DNA of 39,169 bases from Nemertoderma westbladi (Eukaryota > Animalia > Xenacoelomorpha). The DNA is taken from the NCBI GenBank assembly GCA_032718475.1, contig JAUCBJ010007743.1, positions 1 to 39,169 on the forward strand, written 5' to 3'. This document shows, in pieces, positions 22,430 to 34,281 of this stretch. The notes under the pieces were generated by a model, which saw nothing but the letters and a program-made list of their open reading frames with translations, made no database searches and was not told the origin of the DNA. Both the position numbers and the translations under genes were made by a program. How positions within the stretch are numbered: the stretch's first letter is position 1; each line of letters opens with the position of its first letter.

Positions 22430-22720
22430 GGGTGTAAACGTTAAGCAGACAATGGTGCAGACAGTGGTGCAGACACCTGGTGCAGACAGTGGTGCAGACA
22501 GTGGTGCAGACATCTGGTGCAGACAGTGGTGCAGACGCTGGTGCAGACAGTTTACAGACAGTTGTACAGACAGTGTTGCAGGCAGTGGTGCAGACACCTG
22601 GTGCAGACAGTGGTGCAGACAGCAGTGTAGATAGTGGTGCAGACAGCGGTGCAGACACTGGTGCAGACAGCGGTGCAGACACCTGGTGCAGATGTGGTGC
22701 AGACAGTGGTGGATGCAGTG
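22430..22720. repeat. Solo arm of a foldback element: GGGTGTAAACGTTAAGCAGAC followed by a ~12-bp GGTGCAGACA(G/C)T minisatellite, in the IFRD intron
   Basis: Same terminus and repeat unit as the arms at 27672 and 28962. Confidence 0.85.
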
Positions 22721-23239
22721 GTTCAATACAAGTGGATTAGATGGGAGACCATGTGTCAGGGGCAAGTGGCTGAACTGGTTAGCGCTACTGGTAAGGCCTG
22801 ATAGGCCGAAACGTACATATAGCGCTGATTCAAACCCCTGTGACGTGCTTCCTCATTTATTCAATTTCTGAACAAGCCATTATATTACATTATTATAAAT
22901 TATTGTAACTCACTGTTAATTTAATATCTTTAGAAACTGGTTACAATTTAATTCTGTGACATTTTATAGAATTGAATAGGTGTATAGGCCTATACTATCG
23001 ATTTGAAAAATTAGCAGTAAATGAAAAGTAATCGAACTCGTCAGCCTCCAGGAGTTCACGACTTCCATGTCTTGTAACTATAGTATAGATCGCCTTGGGT
23101 AACGCGTTATATATGTTTTTGAGAGAATACGATACGATACGAAAATTGCAAAATAAAAAAAAGTTTATTTCTGGTAAAAAAAATTTCATTTGCTTGAAAA
23201 TTTTTCTGTAGAAATACTATGATAAATATAAAAGGCTAG

Positions 23240-23989
23240 AGTTCCGTATAGAACTGCGTTTTTAAAATATATGCCATTGTTACTATGGCAACATTGAAGA
23301 GTTCTAGAACAATAGAAAAGTATTATATACTATTCTAGAACATAAATAAAATCAAAAATATAATGTTCTAGAACATATAGCTAGTTTTTTTTAATTTTAA
23401 AATAGCTAGTAAATTTTAAAAAATATCCAATTTGGACTCGTATTCATTTAATAATTATTGTATGAAATATGATTATTAAAGTGATGCATTTATTAAATAG
23501 AATTAAATTTGGTAGATAAATTTTCTAATAAATAAATAATATAAATAAATAATTTTTTTTGTGTTACTAGCTATTTTAAATTTGAACTAGCTACCGGTAT
23601 ATGTTCTAGAACATTATATTATTTGTATTATTTATGCTCTAGAATAGTGTATAATACATATAATATGACATAAATAAAATAAAAAATAATACTGTTCTAA
23701 AACATATAGCTAGTTTTTTTTAAATTTTAAAATAGCTAGTAAATTTAACTAATAATACAATTTGGTACCGGTAGATAAATTTTTTAATAATAATATAAAT
23801 ATATAATTTTTTTTTATTACTAGCTATTTTAAATTTAAAAAATTACTAGCTATATGTTCTAGAACAATAATTTTTTATTTTATTTTTGTTCTAGAATAGT
23901 GTATATTATATATTTTTTGTTCTAGAACTCTTCACTGTTGCCATCGTAACAATGATTTATGTTATAAAAATGCAGTTCTATACGGAACT
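23240..23989. mobile_element. ~750-bp AT-rich palindromic MITE in the IFRD intron
   Basis: AGTTCCGTATAGAACTGC...GGCAACATTGAAGAGTTCTAGAAC is mirrored by GTTCTAGAACTCTTCACTGTTGCC...GCAGTTCTATACGGAACT; internal TTCTAGAA/TAGCTAG blocks are duplicated. Confidence 0.85.
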
Positions 23990-24515
23990 GTTACCAATAT
24001 AAAATAAGTATTTCTTATTTATAATTCCTTCGATATTGGAGTTGCAACTTGCAATTATGAATTTATGTACTAATATGGAATAACATTCAAAGCTGAAAGT
24101 TTGAACTCAAACTCTCATCCCTAGTGGTATTAATTCATTGTGTACAAATATTAAACCTAATAATCAATTTACTTTAGTTAAATTTATAATTACATTATTA
24201 CGTATCTTGTTCTAGAACCATTTAATTTTATAGTAACTTTGGATTCATTTTCTAATGGCCAATGTACCAATGATTTTCTTTAAAGAAGTATTTTTTGTCC
24301 CCGCTGTAATCCGCATTTCAATCAATTAAAGGTAAATAATTTTTTCCTTATCCTTCGGCTTCGAAATAGTATGAGTGTACTATTATTCATTTTAATTTAA
24401 TTAAAAAGTTAAATTATTTTTCCCTTTAAAAGACAGTGCAGTGCAACCACGTTCTGTATTTCTCTGCCTATTACTTTGACAACCACATTATTAATTAAAA
24501 CTTATTATGTTTTAG

Positions 24516-25017
24516 GATTTCGGCTGGGGAATGTTTGGCTCTGCTGTACGAACTGGGGAGAGAGAGCGGTCGTCGCACCTTCCGAGGGCAGACTCATCGG
24601 GAGTTATTGGAGCGATTGGAGGAGTTGGCGACCGATAGTAATCGGCACAGGGCTAAACGAGATCGGAGGCAACAGCGGTCCTGTTTCCGGGATATTCTGC
24701 GGAGTATATCGGGGATGGAATACCCCTACACTAAGATACGGTTCGGTAGGGAACTTCTGGAACTCAACTCATGGTGTCGGAAACTCCAGTACAATGTGTT
24801 TAAGGATATCCTTGGGTCCGGGTTGAGTTTGTACCTCCGAGAGAATCATTTACTCCGAGATATATTCGGGTTGGGGACGCCTCTTACTGTGGATCACGTC
24901 GTAGCCAAAGTATCCAAACGGGAGCGTCAGTTTATCAACTCTGAGAACTTTAAGGCTCAAACAACAGTCCGGGGAAAGTTGAGGGATAAACGCAGTTACC
25001 GGATTCCCGACGAATAG
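24516..25017 (+). CDS. IFRD1: IFRD family, exon 2 (joined CDS 830+502 nt = 443 aa plus stop)
   Basis: TTTTAG|G acceptor restores DDVNLR-ISAGECLALLYEL; LATDSNRHRAKRDRRQQRSCFRDIL, ENHLLRDIFGLG, KAQTTVRGKLRDKR (IFRD C-terminal motif). Confidence 0.92.
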
Positions 25018-25240
25018 ATTCCTGTCCTTTTCTCCCGGACACTTTAGGTTTATTATATTATTTCATTATTATTTAAATGTCATTAATCAATGCAGGAAGA
25101 GATTTCAATATGGTTTGTGAGGTTGCTTTCTATATCGTGTTGGAGCTAAATTATTTTGGAGCGATGCCGCTAGAATACGGGCTCGTTCTACCAAGATAAG
25201 GTGCTAAACTGCTAAACATTGTCAATATATTTTGAGTTAT

Positions 25241-25408
25241 GGGCTGGGCTGGGCTGGGTTGGGCTGGGCTGGGCTGGGCTGGGCTGGGCTGGGCTGGGCT
25301 GGGCTGGGCTGGGCTGGGCTGGGCTGGGCTGGGCTGGGCTGGGCTGGGCTGGGCTGGGCTGGGCTGGGCTGGGCTGGGCTGGGCTGGCTGAGCTGAGCTG
25401 GGCTGGGG
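25241..25408 (+). repeat. (GGGCT)29 microsatellite with GAGCT tail
   Basis: 25241-25385 is 29 pentamers (one GGGTT), followed by GGCTGAGCTGAGCTGGGCTGGGG. Confidence 0.97.
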
Positions 25409-26940
25409 ATTCCGAATCTGGTATCAGTTTTTCGATTAGTTGCTTTCATCTCGAGTTAGGCAATAATTGCAATTTTAACGTAAAATTTTTAAATTTGGTA
25501 CAGCACCTCTTTGACACCAAAAAGGCCAAAAACCACCCGAAAATTTTGAAATATTTTGCGAGTTTCGGAATCAGCCCCAAAAAGTTCCCTATTGGTATCA
25601 AAACCATAAAAGAAGATTGGAAAAAATTTCAAAGTGTTCACTTTTGGTGCATTTTTGTCAGTTGTAATCAGGAGAAAATTTCAATGCCATTATTCTCGCG
25701 ATGGCTTTTTTTTGTGATACTTTGTTGTACATATACATCATAAAACATCATACACACATTTTAACTACTCTCTAATCTCTAACTTTCGTTTTGTTTGCAG
25801 AATTAAGTAGATAAATATTCCACGCAAAAATTTGTTCATTAATTAAAAAATAAATAGAGAAAGTGTTCCAAAAAATCAATCGCGGGAAAAATTACATTAC
25901 AATTTTCCTGATTACAACTGACCAATCATGCACTACAAATGTTTCCAAAAGTCGCGAACAAAACAACTTATAGAGAAACTGATTTCTGATTCGGAATAAC
26001 CATGAATTTGATAAAATTTGATATTGGGAAACGCATTTAAAAGAAAACTGTCGAAAAACTAGGTGTGAACCAGTGTTTAAACGGGATCAGACTTTTCGAG
26101 ATTTCCTGGATCGGGATTATCACTCTCGGGATCCTGTTTAAACACTAGGTGTATCCCCTCTCCAAAAAAATGTTTATTCGACTCAAATATAATGTGGTTC
26201 TGATAATATAAACTCCTTATTTATTATTTATACAATATGGCGAGAATACGGAGAGAGGAGATTCCCAAACCTCTTTTGGTCTGTGTTATTAAAAAGCCGC
26301 CGCAGGGCAAGCGTAAGCGAAATAATAACAATTACAATATAACTAATGTACCTCTACCTAGACCAATATACAACAAAATAGTTCCTTCGCGTAGCGCGTC
26401 ACATAAACTTATGTTAATCAATATTATATATATTTAATTATTTCGGCACATTATGTTTAAAACATACTGGAACAGGTTCATAACCCCTACTGTTGTAGTT
26501 CATATAAGCCAATGTATATTAGGACAACCCCCCCCCCCCCTTCTTTGATTGCCAGTATATTATTATACTGTAGGTCGTAAAGTTCAACAATAAGTATACT
26601 CAATCAAAAGTAGGCCTACGTTATTTATAAACAATCAGACGCCGTTGCTTAATCCTAATTCTTTGAAAACTTTACCGCAAAACCAAATAATATAAATGAT
26701 ACAAAGTGTTAAATAACGAGATGCGGGAACTAAAGACTGGAAAATTACCTTAAAAGTTTGAAGAAAGTAACGACTCGTTTGCATCAGCAGGAACTAAAGA
26801 AGCGGAAAATATCTTCCTGGCCTGTTGTATTTATTACATATACTAACTAAGTCGCTAGACGCGGGCACTAACGTCTTGCGGGCACTAACGTGTCGCGGGC
26901 ACTAACGTCCCATGGGACAGTAGTGCCAGCGATAATGCGA

Positions 26941-27357
26941 CTAAGTGACCGCGGGGTTTTTCGCCAGAGCGTGTGAGTGCGTGCGAGCGTGAGTGCGTTG
27001 GTGTTTCGTTAGATCGCCAGTCCTGGCGTATGATTTACTATACACGGAACAGCTATAGGGTTTCTCACAAGAGTGAGTGCGTTCGTGTTTCATTAGATTA
27101 TATTTCCTTGCAAACACTTTCCCACAAGAACTACAGTACATCCCACACTATTATGGTTGGTTCATCTGAACTGGATCGTTTCTTAGGATCAGTAAAAACG
27201 TTGGAACCCGAACATGTTGGAGTAGAGCCGGTTCATTGTGTTTCCGTTTTAAATGGGAAACGAGAAAAGATTCCGCCGTGTAGATGATGTCGCAATGTTC
27301 GCACGGGAATTTATGTAAACTCATATCGTGAACTACTCGAGGTTGCGCGTCGCTCAC
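26941..27357 (-). pseudogene. C2H2 zinc-finger coding remnant (three fingers, one defective)
   Basis: FPCEHCDIIYTAESFLVSHLKRKH; YCSSCGKVFARKYNLMKHERTH-SCEKPY-SCSVYSKSYARTGDLTKHQRTH (second Cys replaced by Tyr); in-frame TAA TAG between fingers 1 and 2. Confidence 0.65.
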
Positions 27358-27483
27358 TCTCTTTTCAAGGTCCTAGAGCTGGAATTTCGAACTTTCTTAA
27401 AAAATTGAAAAAAAACATTTTTTAAAGCTTAATTAAATTTTTAAAATAATTCGGGCTCTAACTGGTTTCTGTTCGGTCTCAAC

Positions 27484-29560
27484 TAGGGCTCAACAGAAGC
27501 TTCGGCTTCGGTTCGGTTCGGGCCGAAGTTTGGCAATTTCGGTTCGGTTCGGCTTCTGCAATTGATACTGCAGAAGCCCGGAGCTAAATATTCCAAGTAT
27601 TACATTGACTGATTGAGCTCAGAAGACAGTAAGACTAATCAATCTGTCCATCGTTGTACTAATTAATTTTAGAGTGTAAACGTTAAGCAGACACTGGTGC
27701 AGAGCAGACAGTGGTGCAGACAATGGTGCAGACAGTGATGCAGACAGTGATACAGACAGTGGTGCAGACACAGGGTGCAGACAGTGGTGCACGCACTGGT
27801 GCAGACAGTGGTGGAGACCCAGACAGTAGTGCAGACATTGGTGCAGACAGTGGTGCAGACAGTGGTGCAGATACTGGTGCAGACAGTGGTGCAGACACCT
27901 GGTGCAGACAATGGTGCAGACACTGGTGCAGACAGTGGTACAGACACTGGTGCAGACACTGGTGCAGACAGTGGTACAGACACCTGGTGCAAACAGTATG
28001 GTGCAGACACTGGTGCAGACAGTGGTGCAGACACTGGTGCAGAGACAGTGGTGCAGACAGTGGTGCAGACAGTGGTGCAGATACTGGTGCAGACAGTGGT
28101 ACAGACACTGGTGCAGACAGTAAAGGGGCGAGCAGGTTAGTAAAGGAGCAGGTTTCAGAGGAGTATTGGGGGAACCAAAACAATAAACGTTATTGTTTTG
28201 CGGGCTAAGAATACCCAAGGGCCAAGAATACTCGCAGGCTAAGAATACTCGCGGGCTGAGAATTCCTGAGACCTTACTGTAGTTAGTGAATGTATAGGCC
28301 TATCCCCAGCATGAGACAATAACTTAATGAGCTCGTTTTATTATACAGTAATAAGCAGTGGCTCCAGTAAAGGTAAACAAATTAAACATACTCTGTATAA
28401 AGTAAGTCATGTATAAACAATCAAACACTGTCGCTTAAACCTCATTCCTTGGAGACATTGCTGCTTACAATTTATAGACATTATTGTTTATATGAAAACG
28501 AGAATACCGATTAATTACTTTCGTACACACCTCTTATAATTATTTGTAATCAGGGCACATTTACCCGCACGCACCCCGACTTGTACTACATACGTCCTCC
28601 CTACTTCATGTAGAACCTTTCAGTAGTTACTCGCATATTTGTAGATAATAAAGTGTATGATAAAATATAATATAATAGTGCCTGGTGGTATTGTGTTTTG
28701 TGGTACTCTGGTAATTCAGTATTTTCACCAGGAGTCTGCACCACTGTCTGCACCACTGTCTGCACCACTGTCCGCATCAGGTGTCTGCACCACTGTCTGC
28801 ACCAGTGTTTGCACCACTGTCCGCACCAGTGTCTGCACCACTGTCTGCACTAATGTCTGCACCACTGTCTGCACGCTGCACCACTGTCTGCACCAGTGTC
28901 TGCACCACTGGCCGCACCAGGTGTCTGCAGTCTGCACCACTGTCTGGTTAACGTTTACACCCTTAATTTTGGACTGAACTTCCATTTAAATGGCTTTTTT
29001 TTAATATTTTCCAGGTTACTTGGGTAGTTTCAAAATTAGCTTAATTATACAGTAGTTTAGGTTAGGCTAAATATTGCCATTTTACTTTGTAGTACCATTT
29101 TTTTTAATTAATCATAACTTTGATACATAATACCAAATATACCTACTACCTCATATAAATAGTATTACAAAGACTACCTGTACTTTTAGTGAGGTTTTCT
29201 AAATTTGACGTCACTACTGTACGGCTTACTACGGGTGAAAATATGGTGCATACAGTAAGTGCATGCATACAGTAAGTATACAGTAGTTTAGGTTAGTAAT
29301 GTACAGTAATGTAAATATTGCCATTTTATTTTGTAGTATTTATTTTTTTAATTAATCATAGCTTTCTCGCCAAGTCCGCAGACCAAATAGGTACCAGTCT
29401 GCCACTGCCAGTCAGACAATAGTGACGTAAATACGAATTTATGACCATTACTTGCTAACTTTCTGAACTTCGGTTCGGATTCGGTTCGGTTCGGCCCGAA
29501 GTTGGCCCTGCTTCGGTTCGGTTCGGTTCGGCCCCGTAAAGTGCCTTCTGTTGAACCCTA
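27484..29560. mobile_element. Non-autonomous hAT-like DNA transposon (2077 bp including nested insert)
   Basis: TIR TAGGGCTCAACAGAAG / CTTCTGTTGAACCCTA; exact 8-bp TSD GTCTCAAC at 27476-27483 and 29561-29568; subterminal (TTCGG)n at both ends. Confidence 0.9.
27672..28962. mobile_element. Foldback (Mutator-like) element with minisatellite arms, nested in the hAT-like element
   Basis: Left GAGTGTAAACGTTAAGCAGAC plus (GGTGCAGACAGT)n to ~28120; inverted arm ~28735-28962 ending GTTAACGTTTACACCC; flanks TTAATTTTA / TTAATTTTG (8/9 match, 9-bp TSD-like). Confidence 0.8.
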
Positions 29561-29761
29561 GTCTCAACTCATTCTCACTCAGCGCACATCCTTTCATTAA
29601 TACATTCGGATTCCCCACCACCTATAACTTTTTTCTTTATCTTCTTTTTTTCCTGACGTCTTAAATTTTCATACTGCATTTTCACAACTCGATTCCATAA
29701 TGGTTGCCGACTTATGTTTTTTGTTTGTTTATGTAAATTTTTGTACTGCTGTATGTAGATA

Positions 29762-29894
29762 GGGAGTACCAGTTAAATAACTGGGAGCAAATCTTGGGAT
29801 AGGAGTAGCGCCCACCCCTACCCTCAGGTAGCAGCTATCGAAAGAGGAGCCTTCGGGTTGCCTCCGGCTTCGGCCGACTGTTTGCTTGCTTGCT
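29762..29894 (+). mobile_element. 133-bp 5'-truncated retroposon (SINE/LINE 3' tail)
   Basis: Exact 12-bp TSD TGTATGTAGATA at 29750-29761 and 29895-29906; (TTGC)n tail; GC-richer hairpin-forming body. Confidence 0.8.
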
Positions 29895-30146
29895 TGTATG
29901 TAGATAACTTTTCGTGTCAATTGTTTCCTACTGTATTTCCCCTCTTTCTTTCCAGTCTGCCAGTCTGGCAACAGCAACACTACTGTAGCTATGCTATATT
30001 AATTTCATGGACTTGTTAGAAACCTTTACTTGCAGTGCCATATATTATATATACATAGAAGTTATTTTGTTATATTTGTTTATTTTGTTGGTTTGGTTTA
30101 ACTTATCATTTATATTAGTTGTAATATTTGCGATTAAAGTTCAAGT

Positions 30147-30335
30147 TGTGGAGATGGCGTCTAGCCACGAAATGAAAACGTATGTAGACTCAAGTTCGAG
30201 CGATCGCTGATGGCATACTGCAGTACTGTCGTACAATTCTGTAGGTGGGCCTAGAGTTCCTCTCTAGGGTTGCTAGGCAACCGTAATAACAAAGTTTTGG
30301 GATTGTATAATATGTATGTCAGTGGGGCTGCCACA
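30147..30335 (-). repeat. Gypsy 3' LTR (189 bp)
   Basis: Direct repeat of 34282-34471; preceded on the - strand by G18 PPT (30339-30356). Confidence 0.96.
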
Positions 30336-30370
30336 TGACCCCCCCCCCCCCCCCCCAGTCTCGAAACGTA

Positions 30371-33300
30371 TTAGAGATATTCAGGTGGACGGACCGTCCG
30401 GCCCGATCGAGTTTGTACGGGCGGTTGGGCTGGGGTTGGTGGTCTTTGCGTTAGTACCGGCGGTGTAGGAGGTACCGGAGGTGCGTTCGGGGGTCGACCT
30501 CGGCGCCGCGGTTGGCCGAGAACGACCGGCTCGGTAAAATCGAGATGGGCCGGTTTGAGTCGGTCGACTGAAATCGTTTCAGTTCGACCGCCCATATCGA
30601 TCTTAAATGTTTTGGGTCCGGGGGTGAGGACCTTGTAAGGCCCCTCGTAGGGGCGTTCGAATGGCGTCCGGTGGGCGTCGCGCCGGACGAAAACGTAGGT
30701 AGCGTCGTGGAGGTCCGGTGGAACCGACGACGGAGTCAGTCCGTGGCGTGACGTCGGTACCGGAGCGAACCGCCCGACCGTATCCCGGAGTTGAGGGAGG
30801 ATCGTGGACGGCGAGTGCTGGGCGCCTGTAGCCGGCGGAAGGAACTCGCCCGGGACGGTGAGGGGGGCACCGTAGACCAGCTCGGCGGAGGAGGTCCCCA
30901 AGTCGTCCTTGGGAGCGGTCCGGATTCCGAGGAGAACCCACGGCAACTCGTCGACCCAATCGGGGCCGGTGAGCGAGGCCCGCAGGGCGGACTTTAGGTG
31001 GCGGTGGAAACGTTCCACCAGTCCGTTCGCTTGTGGGTGGTAGGCCGTGGTGCGGTGCAGTTGGGTGCCCAGCAGCTGGTTGACGGCGGACCAGAGCTGG
31101 GAGGTAAACTGCGAACCGCGGTCGGAGGAGAGATCCGCGGGGACGCCGAACCGAGATATCCAGATGGAGATGAGAGCCCGGGCGCAACTCTCGGTGGAGG
31201 TCTCGGTGAGGGGCACGGCCTCTGGCCACCGAGTGAACCGGTCTACCATCGTCAGCAGGTGAGTGAACCCGCGCGATGGTGGTAGAGGGCCGACCAGATC
31301 CACGTGGATGTGGTCGAACCGGCGGGGTGGGGGGTGGCGAAGGTGCCGAGGGGCGCGCGAACGTGGCGTTGCACCTTGGAAGACTGGCAAGGGATGCAGG
31401 TCTTCGCCCACTCGCCCACCTCTTTGCGGAGGCCGTGCCACACGAACCTGTCGGCGACGAGTTTCTTGGTGGTACGAGCGCCGGGGTGAGACAGGCCGTG
31501 CAGGGCGTCGAAGACGCGCCGTCGCCAGGCGACGGGGACGACGGGGCGCGGGTGTCCGAGAGAAACGTCGCAAAGTAGAGTGGCGTTGGCGGGGGCGAGC
31601 GGGACGTCTTCCAGTTGGAGGCCGGACACGGCGGAGCGGTAGGTTGGCAGCTCGGGGTCGGCGAGTTGGGCAGCCGCCATAGCCGTGTAGTCGAGGCCGG
31701 GGAGGAGGGTTCGAACCGCGCTGACCGTAGTCCTGGAGAGCGCATCCGCCACACAGTTGTCTTTGCCAGCGACGTGTTCGATCGCCGTGGTGAACTCGGA
31801 AATGTAGGCGATGTGCCGTTGTTGCCGATTCGACCACGGGTCGCTGATCTTGGCGAATGCGAACGTCAGGGGTTTGTGGTCTGTGTAGGCGGTGAATACG
31901 CGGCCCTCCAGGTAGTACCGGAAGTGGCGAACAGCGAGGTACAGCGCGAGGAGTTCCCGGTCGAACGCGCTGTACTTCACCTCCGGGGGTCGAAGTTGGC
32001 GGCTGAAGAACGCCAGGGGGCGCCACGAGTCGCCGACGAGCTGTTCTAGAACGGCGCCCACCGCCGTGCCGGATGCGTCCACGGTGAGCGCCGTCGGTGC
32101 GTTGGCGTTGGGGTGGGCGAGCATCGTGGCGTTGGCGAGGGCTTCCTTGGCGTTCCGGAACGCCGCCGCCATGTCGGGGGTCCAGTCGATGGACTTGGGT
32201 TTACCGGCAAGGGCCGCGTAGAGGGGCCGCATGATGGCGGCGGCCGCGGGGACGAACCGATGATAGAAGTTCACCATCCCCACGAACTCCTGCAGGCCCT
32301 TGACGGTGGTCGGTTGGGTGAACTCACGGATGGCGGCGACCTTGTCGGGGAGCGGGTAGGCGCCGTGGGCCGAGATTCGGTGGCCGAGGAAGTCGATGGT
32401 CGACCGACCGAACTCGCACTTGGCGAGGTTGATCACGAGGCCGTGTTCTTGGAGGCGCGCGAAGAGCTGACGGAGGTGGTCACGGTGTTCCTTGGGGGAC
32501 CGACTCGCGACGAGGACGTCGTCTAGGTAGACGAAGAGGAAGTCGAGTCCCTGGCACACCGTGTCCATCAGTCTCTGGAAGGCCTGGGCCGCGTTTTTCA
32601 GCCCGAACGGCATTCGAAGGAATTCAAACAGGCCGAACGGGGTTATAACCGCGGTCTTGGCGATGTCGGCCTCGGTTACGGGGATCTGGTGGTAGCCGCG
32701 CACCAGATCGATCTTAGAAAAGATCTTCGCCCCAGCCAGTCTGGAGGAGAAGTCCTGGATATGGGGGATGGGGTACCGGTCCGGAATCGTGGCGTCGTTG
32801 AGGCGTCGGTAGTCGCCACACGGCCGCCATCCACCCGAGGGTTTAGGGGCCATGTGGAGGGGTGACGCCCATGGACTGTTGGACCGGCGGATGATCCCCA
32901 TCTCCTCCATCGTCCGGAACTCGTCCCGCGCGATCTCGAGTTTGTCTGGAGGCAGACGACGGGCGCGGGAGTAGACCGGGGGTCCCTCGGTGGGGATGTA
33001 ATGTTCGACCCCGTGTTTCGCGGTGGGGTCGGAGAACCGAGGGATCGTAATATCGGGGAACTCGGCGAGGAGCCGAGCGAACTCGTCGTCCGAGGCGGTG
33101 ACAGAACCGAGGTGGGGGGCGTGGCCCGTAGTCCGCCCGCACGGGATCGAGGTCAACGTCTCGGCGTCGACCAGACGACGGCCTCTCAGGTCGACCAACA
33201 TGTTGTTCGCTCGGAGGAAGTCGGCTCCGAGGAGAGGCTGGGCGACGTCGGCCGCGATAAACTTCCACTGGAAACGGCGGGAGTGGAAGTCGAGTTTGAC

Positions 33301-33520
33301 GGAGCGGTGGCCGTACGTTCGAATGTACGTTTTGTTGGCGGCGAGGAGGGGCGGCCCGCTCTGTCCCGAACGTTCCTCGCGAGTCGTCGCGGGAATAACG
33401 CTTACCTCCGCCCCGGTGTCGACCAAGAAGCGTTGCGCGGAAACGCGGTCCCAGGCAAACAGCAGCAGGTCGGTGTGGCCGGCCTTTGTAACTGCTACAA
33501 ACGGCCGGCCGGGGCGTTTC
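30371..33520 (-). CDS. pol: Gypsy Pol (PR-RT-RNaseH-IN), one frameshift in C-runs at ~31325-31337
   Basis: [10 protein letters not shown]; [32 protein letters not shown]; TVDAS, DRELLA, TDHKPL, ADALSR; HGLSHPG..CIPCQ; [23 protein letters not shown]; YEGPY. Confidence 0.95.
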
Positions 33521-34184
33521 CCTGGTAACTGCAGGGCGGGCGGCACTTCCTGGCTGTGGGGCCGAACGTCTGGTGATAATAGAACCAGTTCGAGTGCGGG
33601 GCCCGCGGGGCGGGAGTCGACGCCGACGAGGAGTTCTTGCCGGTTCGCTGCGGCGGGACCGGCGTCGGTTTCCTGACGGCGTGGGCCGCGAGTGGGGTCT
33701 GCCGGGAGGCCTCCCACAGCGCGTCGGCCCGGTCCGCAACCCTGTCGAGGTCGCGGAATTGCTGTTGGAGGCGGATTGCGGCGGGCATCTGCCGGAGGAA
33801 GGCCTCCTCGAAGAGGAGTCCCGCGTTGTCGTCGCCGAGGAGCGCCTGCATTTCTCCGAGGAGTTGCGAGGGGCGCCGGTCACCGAGGCCGTCGAGGTCC
33901 CAGAGTCGGGCTGCGCGCTCGCGTCGGGAGAGCCCGAAGGCCTTGAGAAGTTGGCCCTTGAGTTTGAGGTACTTCTCAGTAGCAGGAGGGTTCTGGATGA
34001 GTTTTAGGAGGCGAGCGGCTGTCTCCTGGTCGAGGGCCCCCACCACGTAATAATATTTTGTAGCGTCCTCGGTGATGCTACGAATGTGGAACTGTGCCTC
34101 CGCCTGGGCGAACCACACCTCGGGTTGGGTGGTCCAGAACGGAGGCAGCTTAATAGAAACGGCGTTGGCGGTCGCTTCGGCCAT
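33495..34184 (-). CDS. gag: Gypsy Gag
   Basis: [32 protein letters not shown]; [10 protein letters not shown]; C-terminal (C>F)[17 protein letters not shown], a CHCC-type motif with the first Cys lost. Confidence 0.93.
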   Translation of the reverse strand: MAEATANAVSIKLPPFWTTQPEVWFAQAEAQFHIRSITEDATKYYYVVGALDQETAARLLKLIQNPPATEKYLKLKGQLLKAFGLSRRERAARLWDLDGLGDRRPSQLLGEMQALLGDDNAGLLFEEAFLRQMPAAIRLQQQFRDLDRVADRADALWEASRQTPLAAHAVRKPTPVPPQRTGKNSSSASTPAPRAPHSNWFYYHQTFGPTARKCRPPCSYQGNAPAGRL

Positions 34185-34267
34185 TGTCGTCAACACAGTT
34201 TCGGTGGCTGATCAGTTTGATTGCAGGATCATGCTGCGAGTCGCGGTCTCAAGAGTTCGTCTTGAGA

Positions 34268-34280
34268 CGCTGGGTCACCA
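34268..34280 (-). promoter_or_regulatory. Primer-binding site TGGTGACCCAGCG (tRNA-Trp-like)
   Basis: Starts 1 nt after the 5' LTR with TGG (complement of tRNA CCA); tRNA identity inferred from recalled similarity only. Confidence 0.75.
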
Positions 34281-34281
34281 A

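Noticed and set aside
26071-26147. 77-bp mini element with AGTGTTTAAAC.GGATC inverted ends
   Set aside because: The inverted repeat is real but there is no clean TSD or second copy, so it cannot be classified.
22373-28985. Cys/His-rich or VQT/GADS-repeat ORFs (22373-22765, 27619-28218, 28657-28985) and the WAGLG/PSPAQ ORFs at 25219-25743
   Set aside because: Translations of 12-bp and 5-bp tandem repeats that lack stop codons; no evidence of coding function.
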